From the NCBI RefSeq assembly GCF_003918875.1, contig NW_025767145.1, forward strand, positions 372,001-436,000: a DNA stretch of 64,000 nucleotides, read 5' to 3'. This stretch comes from Haliotis rubra. Lineage: Eukaryota. Under the pieces are notes generated by a model. It worked only from the letters and a program-made list of their open reading frames with translations. It did not search any database and had not been told where the DNA came from. This document shows positions 63,801 to 64,000 of the stretch, one piece after another. A program made the position numbers and the translations under genes. Numbering within the stretch: the stretch's first letter is position 1; each line of letters starts with the position of its first letter.

Positions 63801-64000
63801 CGGGCCTTCAGCGTGATAGGCAAACGCCTTACCACTGCACTATTAAGCTCCACACAGCTGGAATATTGCAGAGTGCAACATTTTAAACAACAAAGAGAGT
63901 AAATATATTTAGACTATTACAGGAAGTCTGTGTGTTTATTTCAGGTATACGTCCAGATAAATCAATGATGTTCAAACAGAGGCAGCGAAGGGTCAGAGAG
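57819..64000 (+). CDS. RARS2: Arginine--tRNA ligase, mitochondrial (5' part; continues beyond window)
   Basis: Exons 57819-57854, 58502-58599, 59048-59138, 59364-59444, 61139-61239, 61647-61786, 62371-62447, 63945-end; phases consistent. [26 protein letters not shown] (HIGH-type motif), [25 protein letters not shown]. Confidence 0.9.
59771..60844 (+). mobile_element. Internally deleted pogo/Tigger transposon with nested SINE
   Basis: ta|CAGTCAGGCCGCGTTA...TAACGCGGCCTGACTG|ta; DDE remnant [19 protein letters not shown]...[10 protein letters not shown]. Confidence 0.85.
62480..62746 (+). mobile_element. SINE family B (representative; further copies near 1176, 5600, 11146, 11960, 12770, 21895, 28425, 32807, 46665, 54737, 63290)
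   Basis: Body ACGGGATCGGGTGGTCAGGCTCGCTGACTTGGTTGACAC...; 3' tail GAATATTGCT..GCGGCGTAAAAC(ACTC)n shared with family A. Confidence 0.88.
62855..63245. mobile_element. MITE with long imperfect TIRs
   Basis: GTCAGCACAGGTACTACAGATGTGTACCCCAGGTA... / ...TACCTGGGGTACATATCTGTAGTACCAGTGCTGAC. Confidence 0.7.

Overview
Eukaryotic, intron- and repeat-rich animal DNA. The SINE families and gene content suggest a mollusc, probably a gastropod such as abalone; this is inference. Host genes, all reconstructed by hand: (1) an alpha-kinase-fold protein with a single coding exon, degenerate catalytic residues and a PSAP/PPxY tail (8549-9475, -); (2) a 12-exon secreted CBM39+GH16 beta-1,3-glucanase/beta-glucan-binding protein with frameshifts in this sequence (13419-22507, -); (3) a complete 11-exon mitochondrial aspartate aminotransferase GOT2 (40303-56808, -); (4) the 5' part of mitochondrial arginyl-tRNA synthetase RARS2 (57819 to the window end, +), head-to-head with GOT2. 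The most striking feature is a fully bounded 6.8-kb DNA transposon (348-7173, TAC...GTA ends, GCATGC target duplication). It carries two convergent spliced genes: an IS3/IS481-like DDE transposase and a SAM-like + HECT E3 ubiquitin ligase. Its long inverted ends are arrays of a 21-bp unit that conserves a GAAnnTTC (heat-shock-element-like) core directly upstream of both start codons. The rest is repeats: three tRNA-type/related SINE families, a Penelope-like element with inverted hammerhead-bearing ends interrupted by a LINE, Academ, Tc1 and pogo relics, many MITEs and several minisatellites.
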